Under the pieces are notes generated by a model. It ran no database searches and was not told the DNA's origin. It worked only from the letters and a program-made list of their open reading frames with translations. 64,000 nt of DNA. Origin: Ostreococcus lucimarinus (lineage: Eukaryota). A program made the translations under genes and the position numbers. The DNA is taken from the NCBI GenBank assembly GCA_000092065.1, contig CP000594.1; one strand, written 5' to 3'. Of the stretch, positions 35,401 through 42,500 are shown piece by piece (the first letter of the stretch is position 1; every line of letters begins with the position of its first letter).

Positions 35401-35908
35401 AAGCGAGAAGATCTGGAAACGCAACCATTTTCCCCTTGTGCGCCTTCCACTTGGCCTTGGAGTGCACACTCTTCTTGCGATAAAAATCACTCTCCGCCGC
35501 TCGTTGTAACCCGAATCCGCGACCGACCAAAGTACAGAAGTCCGTGGTCAGATCCTTCTTGAAACCCGCGCAGGCGAACCCTTTCGCGTCGCACTCGCGT
35601 TCACACGCGTCGAAAGACTCATAAGTCTCCATCAGGTTACTCCCGACTGGAATGCGGCTTCCGTGCCACCAATAATTTGTTAAATCATCCTCCAACGACC
35701 CAAGAGCGGCTTCGGGAACGTTCACGCCCGCTTTTTTCATGGCGCGCCCCAAGCGTCCTTCGGGAACGCACCAAGCATATGCCGTTCGACCGTGAATTCC
35801 GATTAACACGAACGTAGCGACGAGGATGAACGCGGCCGAGTTCCACCCAATCCATCTATCGCGCGTTCTTGTTCTTCTCGTCGTCATCGGTGCGTCAACG
35901 CCCGTCAT
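20438..35908 (-). CDS. Giant mosaic surface protein, 5,156 aa (signal anchor; PAN/Apple, TSP1, trefoil-like, FN2-like, EGF-like and discoidin-like modules; acidic and coiled-coil tandem repeats; DUF285/BspA-like LRRs; C-terminal TM anchor)
   Basis: 15.5-kb uninterrupted ATG ORF.
- TSP1 signatures include WSNCSRKCERGGQTRSAIC and CSKSCGGGVRIRRVWC.
- Trefoil-like signatures include C..R..C......C.DYGCCFD and C.DHGCCF.
- There are several PAN-like Cys patterns.
- The C-terminal third is full of W(D/N)VSxVTxMxxMF units.
- The C-terminal TM segment is LYLAMFTFVAFVAIV. Confidence 0.9.
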   Translation of the reverse strand: MTGVDAPMTTRRTRTRDRWIGWNSAAFILVATFVLIGIHGRTAYAWCVPEGRLGRAMKKAGVNVPEAALGSLEDDLTNYWWHGSRIPVGSNLMETYESFDACERECDAKGFACAGFKKDLTTDFCTLVGRGFGLQRAAESDFYRKKSVHSKAKWKAHKGKMVAFPDLLAWRAVNGKSETGLRTLCASDSQCQGYYTCINTTDCAARMYKKHDTLGLSTTRPFDVSTTSAMLLKSVTDGSSMLNDADFVVHSRAIPTCEGTAGGAPCVFPFTTDYNARQRQTVVEFFEPTLVGRAPAEPSTRPWCYTSKPGLWGYADCYGEDPLGFRWEISEWSNCSRKCERGGQTRSAICVNTTSGEQLQDHICGVLPQTSRECNTHSCKADCALKMEDRFKCTAYYGDVRSEFMSIDSRARACHDYGCCFDFAKNLTGHECYHGNEIDDTGCIDPIVGGRLSIHLEWNRLQCPERRNTITGTMAPRTKTNVVTQCGRSCCRGDTKLGPCTHTVGSAMLGSNRGACSRFDNKMKDNYRLYPEKYVPAIAIESSAAFTMAECIALCDSLKKGPTRNMACNSFNFNRRESICVASFTDFKTQKKYGVGDLEGDLSVMVNGAADAQMKGWHYGLRLKTGDDDTVRIVFQHNHFYSIGEWSPCLARNWTSDFETCSVSRRREVKCFAAGDMINPCVREVPLHYCEKRYDLDWHSYDPQGLIAYDKASLTKNSSRYTSGWIGLLVGHGPPEIEQICYNECNVTRNCEKLEGGMQPDGFTFKNYFALRQGSDTCGAPGFRAVAPDTSACFDRDASAKKSEQCKKALSDMEHVARGNLPGVSGKSIGSRHFAMRQCAQAGTRLCSANELLSGVVGGFAFGDTCDLSYVRTQWGGNPRRYGDPNIVGKYYWTNETCGNATDRGYFVASRGGLPGKQCALESEIHPYACCADFSGSDGYFENKEAYNARFNLTNGDYDYCGGLGGGEVCQAYEGHCMSDDQCAYGLQCARRIGAKYGFDDKASVCIPKYDEQQIRFGPKRLLSGQRTNMIFVEGGTSIIPRKAWIRLLAGDNVGCMGAWDDTTTIWAETTLARQSDHIVRPVGRPVEEDLSYSMRAPYRYDKKALQRLRDKGLPDTFERRRYPLSQCFPGAVDSVQSVNQSTCAGLLSGELYSRDQKIETSMRPFLEWRDLELDMSAQKSDSFVDRRGHVCLCDASDSSRCSKAANWHDLGIFEIDLRDMTWFQGYTTGSIPEKTQIYKTSVTRPDATGVIKDRRITSGVIGFGGDLLERYTMSDVLPHYPAFALSKTSVSRQHGVFKEFCAQRCKANALCVGFDYGPSALSLDEMNHDGSQLRTHMPHSWLKGEFVHADSVDERGLIQRFCRLRGENYVLHKVPSALHEFYFDTIARREDWDWYPSVNETYASRRVIQIPAGFDQELPEGLAGFRAHFFNVSAVSFRRLRNFFMSMHVFGRKPYGMAQRRYVRNSNLEYLRAEGDRTDHIDGVEDRHYSVHSGDGQIFDFLPAQRTGSFSPPTGGVFIGSTSEKIPRRSGLDSCVKENMRTHAPCVTRELSGVHDNYTVAGGRGRYVIVRKHVKPGDHQTYAYSCCSSWRNSCCREYRYYIAELEIIDKNGENVAISATGTGNWPATGNWPALIDGEKSPGYSDRAISWQRYSTWQRYSTMRMDTPQNFLMIDLGRVVDISKVIVYPYASEENRGRLANVSVVITESDDVPGSLDESQKCAAPRSVTKIKGGLYQAKPRRTCGGNANGAPCNVMFSRDPRNADVINPQCSIDIDPNRTRLACFTNKKLSRWGYCECEAIVKEQWTRPFGREKASHNTRFRGGEVQMLTDDWHAPVDAIACDNSLWMAFQAKANTFGDNGVNRFGGSYRTSSGVPFLNVGSEHLRRTCRLRLRSSLCVSSERYTEFQHWPGFNGEIHGMTSRMLAHPLSLTSGYGYTDPTTGEVLSGSAQGNKIYNTDGWKPRSVNAAYRNRGESMIRILCPPGQVLTGIAGILGSSENTTGVMPRCGVPAGFSVKDYTEHDIPESSDIDHLACDADSVAIGFFWSAMDNVIPTLPPIYGTWGTRQVKKSGSPMENPSEVIPLCATIEFTEPDLVRDGTFSRSCLKKRCTGNGATRDANSSSECVSLCALENSCTAAEYSPSGQCTLWSSACGDAEQPHGVRSRSDLPKPIESESGSTLYTNVEYEHPVTIDGLREFVVSSVQSSFFTKLKFVRWKSSPFTSCSKSCGGGVRIRRVWCSHEDERGTNITLPDDHCTHAEKPTEKEFCNHFHCDAQCRQDSGRMVCAGYESDDRRGSTSPEVRALVCEDHGCCFVPRPDGVIMTDFRERECYAPPPRDDADWISMPYGECSAQCATLDYDARPFQVRSLSCTYANGTLARSALCPLARPESIRSCNTREECPPQACSLTRRGATSCANGACEKHYHDTKPWTYDYKCTCLNGWTRGETGACDVQIPRCVGASWRVKTTWGACINGIRIRDVECVRRDDEDAHCDVVCDPVTKPSEQQTGCSSNLFKGSRPRISVSGSTPIMDLPHAWNTTARRAAATHFVLLPQMTMTSYPVSPVSVSVDVCSSLCMNTPKCPGFVFIGFAAAGTCRLIHHLQFDLSSLSRSDISAEHTFMRRGFLTAFPQDELLIAVQNAKGAWSEALSKQVLESNERLSKRLTRIPQSDPIWEWIEHTKLSQGVSFRKALYSLTMPTHMKALDHVRYLANYFRGDAANISDAILATAFNYRHMNFIADSTSTLLDQSRDEEVGDVCEIRKKLINGTLAMPGSRELNPSPLQAIHYMHSTLNANVNGAMNFGRIPWPVVAMHAGAHFPTSECMHIASRRNLNTTWLRLNHANVTERAETLCKASNWHPNSLPRIAQDGGDAAMIAYLSIGMQTCLGIPTKVSKKRGAIPGGISFKFDELSRLWRTVPLHWPTNSTFARTTLSILEHRNAPGVKKNAIVSVDHVRALSRAVSKGLDSYVETRLAMLLFQNVYMDAGAQVVDRVGAILLSALESNPHNIEAWETLINHIDVASITNQTLIKRVYAVFRPHAMYYPSTFYKMIRSVSMTLKCKEDPEIHKILMEDVIQVTRPFCDIEARKWMLHTLNHNCKRQWFNTSDVTYVYEDLIRAAWGECETRLVEPTDALRPLYAMVNRSKSNFHGARDVKSRFGTLLDLHVKPVLNFWGKYPDSEQGLSIVGNVTGFLQNIVLPELPLKYVASINETTCQMCVYDDDGKCENEDGEEEMVDLAKPLPWARREKLKSLPPRASSFELLTSVRGVGIPSHLDALLTSSFDVLARSKKVLYSSLHDEKLFKMCTATSPSHRRLLSTRDRLHDVRRSVLGAPLPTIHSLKILDKVSVSDDDQAILDSKESSFRLNGNFSFEVDADTIGHRAASSKTNTTTDSYEPFQNYTPSDEPEYTGIDAQASAPSPSPSPYNADEEEDEEVDKDEVEHADEEEDADEEKSSPSPSPSPYNADEEEDEEADKDEVEHADEEEDADEEKSSPSPSPSPYNADEEEDEEADKDEVEDADEEEDADEEKSSPSPSPSPYNADEEEDEEADKDEVEHADEEEDADEEKSSPSPSPSPYNADEEEDEEADKDEVEHADEEEDADEEKSSPSPSQSPSSSIDYLTTTPSPSPPPPSPTPEMTNLRTKIARIEARNPRNRGLVGLRAKLRRLEEELFGDTPSTSPSPPPPSPTPEMTKLRTKIARIEARNPRNRGLVGLRAKLRRLEEELFGDTPSTSPSPPPPSPTPEMTKLRTKIARIEARNPRNRGLVGLRAKLRRLEEELTSAKSPAMSVSARLGKSIDDPVRLPLGRRLLSALVSKPLNLTRTDDDFYTAIIACRKNLTTCELRYGPMSEWDVSRVTDMSYAFKIGTVNHFQFDQAAFPGHYRTFGYVCLRWKFFQASPGEFGAAYKDAPNFSRDLSRWDVSSVTDMGAMFEDFEGDVGDLSQWNTSSVVNMDAMFMQRYNYHIFRYGERYFNDTGEWKASSHSETRFRLDVPRTVVILPGATFGNLGAWNVSSVRSMRFTFSGLGRDWHNMFKHWDVSSVTNMDGIFFKMTNQGRIGDIGSWDVRNVKSMELAFARIGHDAIDGLGKWDPKRVQKMQSAFAFSKPPILRQASAWKLDSANDIKAMMKGSECTDVNISWSFGSNVDADSMFSGLNSPVSTTCDVSNMRTIGITNFRSMFSSRYRTTRLPSGFASWDTSSATSMEMMFKGVRFGKIPSEISHWNVRKVKNMREMFSRVVVPDFPDVTSWSTASLEVSTKMFDGITEFQMEFYRDPLAVGGKSDGPPIVWKRKHVNIENAVFYDAIEECLSEDPKYGDCSGFRHGCMSGWDVSRVTDMREAFKGRDQFDGDISAWDVSSVTFMLRMFQGASSFNQDIGNWDVRNVYNMEGMFYGASKFAQDISKWDSASLDRLGSANMFGLATAWLEACTREGHERRRTWSLSGPVSKWTCKPRTCLEYNTKIGYKWGRDKDGKYGRHAIYGDVDCVGLAKKPNRASPAKCTVPTTSKNSTNSSTFAEVHQGNFLYAVGKCLETHPTDGACVDSKYGAMSTWNTSGVFDMSEAFSGARDFNGNIENWNVASVTSMFRMFYGARRFRGSLKLWNVAQVEDMNQMFSNAYKFNGDLGDWNVRSVTDFYKMFDDAWMFDADITNWGRGEAAVRGEYVCLAQHATSQSTVLQPIVGDMFLNAAAWKVKYALKDEVRVTKWFSHYARGRRSSFDFKLVSISKSNMRHGPPCNWKPKIAETKVMEHIDNDNIDDIIDKCLEVDPVGGMCRDLQFGTMETWDVSRVTNMNELFQNRRDFNASIGSWNVAQVGTMVKMFQYATSFDQDLSSWNVKKVQNMQYMFNGARAFSRDLRKWTWDVSSVTTAYGMFHSTYFLNPSYRSPSFAENIKEKQVNTHRSDHQQFIDLFAYSGTAQGLSPLRGDRSSLYQVIRSCRSQESARSNCMGSNFSKYSYCCRFGPLNMVDTSEVRNFRSLFQTHYDSLNGVGSTAATIISAWNTASATDMSEMFAYNRNFNQNLSDWNVSNVKSFHRMFAFAKSFNQDLNSWVLSADANVDEMFRGVANFNVSFTRNWKNAEQRSKALELCECNAVQQSRARLGAPRPFTLTLYLAMFTFVAFVAIVRRKSRRAPINECDAVFVGSRAYDYGSTLESSR
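24569..25040 (-). repeat. About 3 x 162-bp in-frame tandem repeat (54-aa unit TPSTSPSPPPPSPTPEMTKLRTKIARIEARNPRNRGLVGLRAKLRRLEEELFGD)
   Basis: Units start at 24569, 24731 and 24893 and are almost identical at the nucleotide level. Confidence 0.9.
25094..25663 (-). repeat. 5 x 114-bp in-frame tandem repeat (38-aa acidic unit SSPSPSPSPYNADEEEDEEADKDEVEHADEEEDADEEK)
   Basis: 114-bp periodicity (for example ATGGACTCGG at 25186 and 25300), with only single substitutions between units. Confidence 0.9.
30924..30959 (-). repeat. Perfect 2 x 18-bp in-frame micro-duplication (WQRYST x2)
   Basis: GTGCTATAACGTTGCCAT occurs at 30924-30941 and 30942-30959. Confidence 0.9.
31018..31053 (-). repeat. Perfect 2 x 18-bp in-frame micro-duplication (GNWPAT x2)
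   Basis: GCAGGCCAATTTCCGGTT occurs at 31018-31035 and 31036-31053. Confidence 0.9.
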
Positions 35909-36150
35909 GGGCGTTCGATTCTCGACCTCGTTGCCACGGATGGTGTTGGCGGAAACCTCGAGTGATAGCGCGGGTGAGTCTCGAACGAACGGGTGAGTTA
36001 CGGGTGAGTCTCGAACGACTGTTTCTTTTCTCGGCCACGCGCGCGTTTTCTTTTGTCCGCCTCTCTCTCTCGCGCGCGTCGTCGAGTGATGCTGGTGCCG
36101 CTCGTGACGGATTTAAGGGCTTGAACACCCGCGTGTAAAGGCAGACACTT

Positions 36151-36230
36151 TATATAGCACTTTGGGAGGTTAAAAGGTGTCCCAAAGTCTCATACATTGG
36201 CCTATACTTTGGCAACATCCCGCGCTTTGA
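36151..36230 (+). repeat. Intergenic module R2, copy a (TATATAGC followed by a hairpin)
   Basis: TATATAGCACTTTGGGAGGTTAAAAGGTGTCCCAAAGT...ATCCCGCGCTTTGA. The 9-bp stem is ACTTTGGGA/TCCCAAAGT. An 80-bp homologue lies at 48791-48870. Confidence 0.6.
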
Positions 36231-36410
36231 TTACAGTACAGTAATATAACCCCCGCCAATGCGCGGGATGAATGGCATACATTCCATAGTATATGGGGAC
36301 CGGACCGGCGGGACGTGTGATTTTTACCGTATGGGTCACGACTCGTCATTCGGAGTACTCGTATGGAATAATGAAACACCATAACTGCATTTACTTTTTG
36401 GTTCATTAAA
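36231..36410 (-). repeat. Intergenic module R1, copy c (inverted relative to copies a and b)
   Basis: Its reverse complement aligns with 5658-5830 (CCAAAAAGTAAATGCAGTTATGGTGTTTCATTATTCCATACGAGTAC...CCGCCGGTCCGGTCCCCATA...). Confidence 0.65.
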
Positions 36411-36493
36411 AAAACCGTACGGGCATTTACTGCAGAATTGGCCACTTTTCGCGCGGGTTTCACTGGACACGTGTCAAAAACGTGGCTTTTCTG

Positions 36494-36520
36494 AAACTCG
36501 ATTTTTGCTAGGGTTTAGCG
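36494..36520 (+). promoter_or_regulatory. Conserved 27-nt 5' motif, third copy
   Basis: Exact AAACTCGATTTTTGCTAGGGTTTAGCG, 65 nt upstream of the ATG at 36586. Confidence 0.6.
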
Positions 36521-36585
36521 TCTCAGTGTCCCGACGGAGATACAGTGCGGGGATCCCGTCGGCAGCACTCTCCGTCGCGCACGCA

Positions 36586-39500
36586 ATGTCGAAGAAATCT
36601 GATCCACTGTATGTACCAGTCAACACGTGTGAAGACGACACAGTCGGTCTTCTTCGGACGATCGATGAAGTTCAAGTAGACGAGGGTGAAACCAACGTTA
36701 CTTCGCCCGAAGATAATAATTGTGACGGCGGCGTTCGAGTAGTAGACATGGTTGGGTTGATACGGAACGGGCTGCATGCGCGGAGGTGCGCGAGCAGACG
36801 ACGGTCCACCGCGATCATCCACGTTTTGTTAACTGTCGTTCTGGCAAGTTTTTTGCGTTCGACCTTGGCGTTTGAAAGGACAGATGGGTTTCAAGGCGAG
36901 CTTGAAGATACCGCACACGAAGGACCGGGAGCATCAAGGAGTTCGGTGGCGAACGAAACCGCGGCGCTGGGGTGTGCATGGGGGATACCTTGTCCGCCAG
37001 TGGCTCAGGCGGTGGTGGATGTCGTGTCAGATCCACATGGTGCTGCCGAAGATGCTGCGAACCTGGCTGGAGATGGACTCAATAGTGCTGTAGATGCAGC
37101 AGCGGCTGGGGCAACATTTTTGTACGATCAAGGGACGGCAGCCGCGAGCGCAGCAGCGGCAGCGGCGACAGAGTTGGCGTCGGCTGGATTTGAATTCGCC
37201 AAGGGTGCGGCCACAAGCGCATACGCGATGGGTTGCTCCGCGGCGGCGATGGCTTGGAACACGGCGACGGCGGTCTATGACCGTATGAGCGACCCAGAAA
37301 AATTTTTGTCAGACATGATTGACAGCTTTCCCACATCTTTGGGGGATTTGAAGTCGCTTTCGGGCAAGGCACTCGCAGTCGGTGGAGAAGCCTTCGTGGA
37401 GATGAATGCGAATAATCCCGTTGGACGCCAAGCGCTCGCTGCTGTCAAAAAGGCAAACGAAATCGGCGGCAAGTACGGTTTCGAGAACCTTCAGAAATTC
37501 ACCGCTGTGGGCGCGTCGTTGACGAATCGCGTTATCCCCGGCGGTGGCATAATTTTTGAAGCCGTGGACGTCGTCGGTGAAACGGCGCAAGATGCTGTGG
37601 ATACTGCGATTCTCATCGTGGAGTCTATGCTCAACGCTCTTGAGTGCAAAGTGTCGCCAGTCGATGTTATGGAGGTGATACAAAAAGTTGTCATCGAACA
37701 AATATCAAGCTGGAATGCGTTTGCGAAAATGTTCGAGGAGAAGAAGGGGACTGACTTCTTCTACAAACTCGATCATGTCATCTGCAATACTCTTTGGACA
37801 GTGGCTATGCCGCATGCGGACTTGATGGTGACGGCGATTGGCGTCCTCCTGGAAAAAGTCCAAGCCACTTGTCCAGGAGTTATCCCAGCGGATTCCAAAC
37901 CAGCAGCTACGCTGGGGTTGATTTTTGACGCGTCTGTAAAAGGGGGCTCAATGAAAGGTGTATCTGCTGAGGTTGGCATCGGTGCTGACATTGATGGGAA
38001 CAAATTTTGCTATTTCGGCTCCTGCGCTTACGCAGGTATATCGTTTGGTGGCTACGGTGCTGATGGGACGATGTTGGCGGGACTCAGTGTTTGGAAGTCT
38101 ATGGATTCAGTTCCGGGCACCTCGAGTACATTTGCGTTCGCGGCCGATATCACCATGCCATTACTCCCCTCGTTTGATCCCGGAGTCACGTTCGTTTCAA
38201 ACGACGCCGGGCTCATCGGCATCAGTGTCTCAAAAGAAATCCCCGGCGGCGACGAACCAAGTGGTGAATTTTCGGTCACGAAAGGGCGATGCGTAACGCC
38301 TGTTTGTGTCAAGACAGATGGTAATCCTTGTGGTGAGGGTCAGGCTGCTTGGTCCGACGTGGGCTCGCATGCGACTGCTGCAGTGGAGGCGATCAAGACG
38401 GATGAGTGCATAGTTGCTGGTGCCGGTGTGATTGAACAAAATGGTGGAATTTCCGTGAGTCGAGAAATCCGGTTACCGGCGTCTGGGGTGAACCTTCTTG
38501 CCGATGCTGAGGCAAACCCGACGGGAATGAAGAATTTTAAGCCCTCAAGCGTGAGGATTCCTGAGGGTAAATTCTTACTTGCGTTTACCGGTGGTGATGA
38601 AGCATTTAAGGGGAGCGAGACAGTGATTCGTAGCTATAAGTCAAAACTCAACAACCGTTTGTATTCAATGACGTCCTTTGTCGTTTCTGACATTGCAGCC
38701 GAGTTTCACGAAGAAGCGCCAAAATCAGTTGGCCCAGAACATGCTGGTTCAATCAGTAAATGTAAAGCGATGTGCGCGGTGAAGAAACACTGCTGCAATA
38801 CGGATGAATCCATCGGAAGTAACCAGTATCTAAGCTGCCTACAGGCATGCGTCGTCCGCGTGCGTGGAACCGACGAGCGGACATGTAACTCTTACTGTGC
38901 ATCTGCAACGACTTCTCGTCACATTAATGGTTACATGTACAACCTCGCAACATCTTGCGCTGATGTCGTTGCATCCGAAGGAAAGTTATGTTCTACTCGG
39001 TACGGTAGCGATCGTTCAACCTGCCTATACGGTTGTTCGATCGGACGCGACCCCGAACAATCGCTCGCAGTCGTCAAATCCACTGGATTCTATATGCAAC
39101 TTCCTGCGGCACATGTTACCCCCAGGTCGACGAATAATTTGCGCGATCGGACGTTGAGTAGTGTGATTGTTCGAGCCGGGTTTGTTGTTAAACTGTACGC
39201 CGGGCGCGACCTGAAAGGTCAATACCTGACGCTCGGGAGTTCGGCGACGCTGTATGGTAACCATGCGAGGTTCTATTCATCCTTACGCGGATCATTCCCG
39301 AACACGAAGTTTGCCTGGGCAAATTTCAATGACAGAACTCGGAGCATCGCCATCTTGGAGGCGCCTGTGACGCTTTATACGCAACCCAATTTCCATGGCG
39401 ATCATGAATCAAAACTTGAGCATGCATTTGACTACACCAGTCTCGGTCCGACAGTCGGGGACAGGCATGTTAATTCCATCTTTCTAAGAGAAGGATCTGT

Positions 39501-42500
39501 GGTTGAAGTATACGAGGGACGCAGTTTCAACGGTCGAGGCATGCAGTTCATATCCAGCGTATCAGATGTCCGCCGCGCAACTGAATCCATCGGTGACCTT
39601 TCTAGACCGACATGGCAAAGAGTTTATGGAACTGCAAGTATGGTTGACGCGGGTCGTGAAGAAGTATATAGTATTCACGCAGATGACGTCGCAAATACAA
39701 AGCCAGTTGATAATTCTGGTGACTGGTCGGACTTTTTGACACTGAAGTGGAGTCATATTTCTGTTGGGCCCACAGGCCATGTATGGGCGATTCGTAAACC
39801 TTACGGCAACGCTTATCACTGCATGCCACATCAAACCTCTTGCAAGACCAAATGGGAGTATACCAGGCTCACCCAGCTGGATGCTGGAAGTTTGTACGTT
39901 TGGGGGGTGACGTACTCGGGATACGTATACAGGCATCTCGTGAACACACACGAGGGTTCATGGACACGTGTAAATGCGCCAGATACGATGAAGCATATCT
40001 CAATAGGCCCAAGTGGCGATGTCTGGGCGGTATCGACGACGAATAAAGTATATTTCTGCGTGCATCCGTGTACTGGATCGTGGCGTGTCATCGGCGCATC
40101 CGCACCCGTAAAACGTCTCATATTTACTGTGAACAATGACAAATATATGGCTCGTGTCGATTTGAAGACTGACGGTAGTATTAATTTCAACGCTGGTCAT
40201 AAAGTAGCTGGCTGGTTGAGTCTAAGCGGAATCACGTACGCCACGAGCGGTCTCAACTATCTTTCCCTAAACTCGCGTTATTGGGAACATTATAGTGGCA
40301 TGAATGGCTACTGGTCGCCAGCCCAATACTCGTGCTCGAACGGCCTCGTTTCTGTGACTGGGCTCGTGAAGACAAAAAATCATGGCTGGGGGCAGGTCAT
40401 CGGTACTCTCCCGTCAGGGTGTCGTCCGACGAAAGCACTCATCTTCACCACGAATAACCACGATGAGCAGGCGCGAGTGAACGTATACGCCGACGGGACG
40501 ATCAAATGGGGTGCCGGCGGCAAGGGTCACGGATGGTTGAGCCTAAGTAACATTGTCTTTTCGACCAGTGGCAACGCGCTTTTACCTCTGAGCAATGGTT
40601 GGGCGCACTACAGTGGCACGAGTGGCTACTGGTCGCCTGCTGAGTACTCGTGCGCCGACGGCCTCGTGGTCTTGAGTGGATTAGTACGCGGTAGTAACTG
40701 GGGTTCTACTATCGGCACTCTTCCTCCGGGTTGTCGTCCGAAACAAGCTCTCATCTTCACCACGAACAACAGCGATAAGCAAGCGCGAGTGAACGTGTCA
40801 CCGGGGGGGGTGATCAAATGGTCACGTGGTGGCAAGGGCCACGGTTGGTTGAGCCTGAGCGGCATCGTATTTGCAATGACTGGGCTGCAGTTGATGCCTC
40901 TGAGCAACGGTTGGAAGTACTATAACGGCGCGAGAACGAGCGGGTATTGGGCACCCGCACAGGTCGCGTCTGTGCGCGGCCTCACCGTTGCTCAAGGCCT
41001 TATCAAAGGCGGTGGATGGGGTGGAACAATGGCAAAAATTACCGGTGGATGCGGATATATGAGTGATTTAATGTCCCTGACTAAGAAGAACGCGGGTCAA
41101 CATAGCACAGCACATAATGGCGTTGCAAGCCGCCCGTTGACGTCGACTCCAAATGGGCGCTGGGGGGGTGGCACGTGCACGCACACGAATCATGCGTCCG
41201 ACCCATGGTGGCGACTTGATATGGGGACGACGAGGACCTTGAGTTCGGTGGAGTTGTTGAATCGCAACGACTGCTGCAGTGACCGCTTTATCGGCCTCCG
41301 CGTCTACATCAGCAATCATAACTCCTACGTAAAGGATCATCCGAGTAACAAACAGTGCGGGCAGACGTTGGGATCGCCGAATACTGCCTGGAATATATTC
41401 GACTGCGGCGATGCCATCTCTGGGCGCTACGTATACGCCACCCTATATGGTAAAGCAGCACCGTTAACTATCTGCGGTGTCAGGATGTTCGAATCAAATA
41501 CGATGATAAAGCAGCTGGACGTTGGAAAGCGCTATGTTTACGGAACCAGTACGAATGGTCATCTTTTTAAAATCCGTGCCGATGGGGGCGAGGATAACTG
41601 GTCCCTCGTACATCGTTATAGCGAATTCGGCGGTATTGATGCCAATTATGTTTCAGTCTCACCGCATTCCGAACAATCGTCGTTCCTGTGGGTTACAAAC
41701 CAAGCGAACGAAATTTATCGCCAATCCATCGGAATACAAATCTCTTCCATGAGAGTCGCCTCGGCAATCGTAACTGCTTACAAAGGTGTGGGATTTACCG
41801 GTGATAGTCTGCCCCTGACTTCCGGTTTTTATAACTTTAAGACGCTCGAGGCAGACTCAGACGCCGGATTTAAGCTCACGAACCTCAGAGCGTTTGTGCG
41901 AAGCATCAAGTCTATAAGGATCCATCCAGACTACGAGGTTGAGCTGCGCGGTTATAATCAAGCACGAGCAGTCGTCACCTCTAGTACAATGGGAGTACAC
42001 GATTTTCATAAACTGGACACAGAGGGCAAGGAACACGAAGAGAATATAGTTGGAGCTACAAGATTTCCGCGACCGAGCGGTGTCTCACGCAAATCGACGT
42101 TTATGCCAATCGAAGCAACTACGCTAGGAACATGGATCCAAACACGAACTGCCAACGTTTACGTGATGTCAGATCTATCAGCCACCCCAAGTGCTCTCAT
42201 TAGGTACATTGCTGCGTACGGCGATGCAGAATATTGCAAAATGATCATGTTTCACGTGCGTCACGGCGATGAAGTCTCTGTTGTGCCTGAGGAGGCTGGA
42301 TATGCGACTTTTGGCATCAGAGATGCGTCTTCCGACAAGTGTCAGAATCGCGACGGTGTACTATCGCTCTGGCGTATAAAGCAAACTCCGAGATTGGCGC
42401 GCCGCGCGACAGATGCAGGCTACGGCATCGGAAAGTTGAAATTCTCGATTTTGGGAGGCTGGACGGGAGAAATAGCCTCAATGAAAGTGATGAGAAAACT

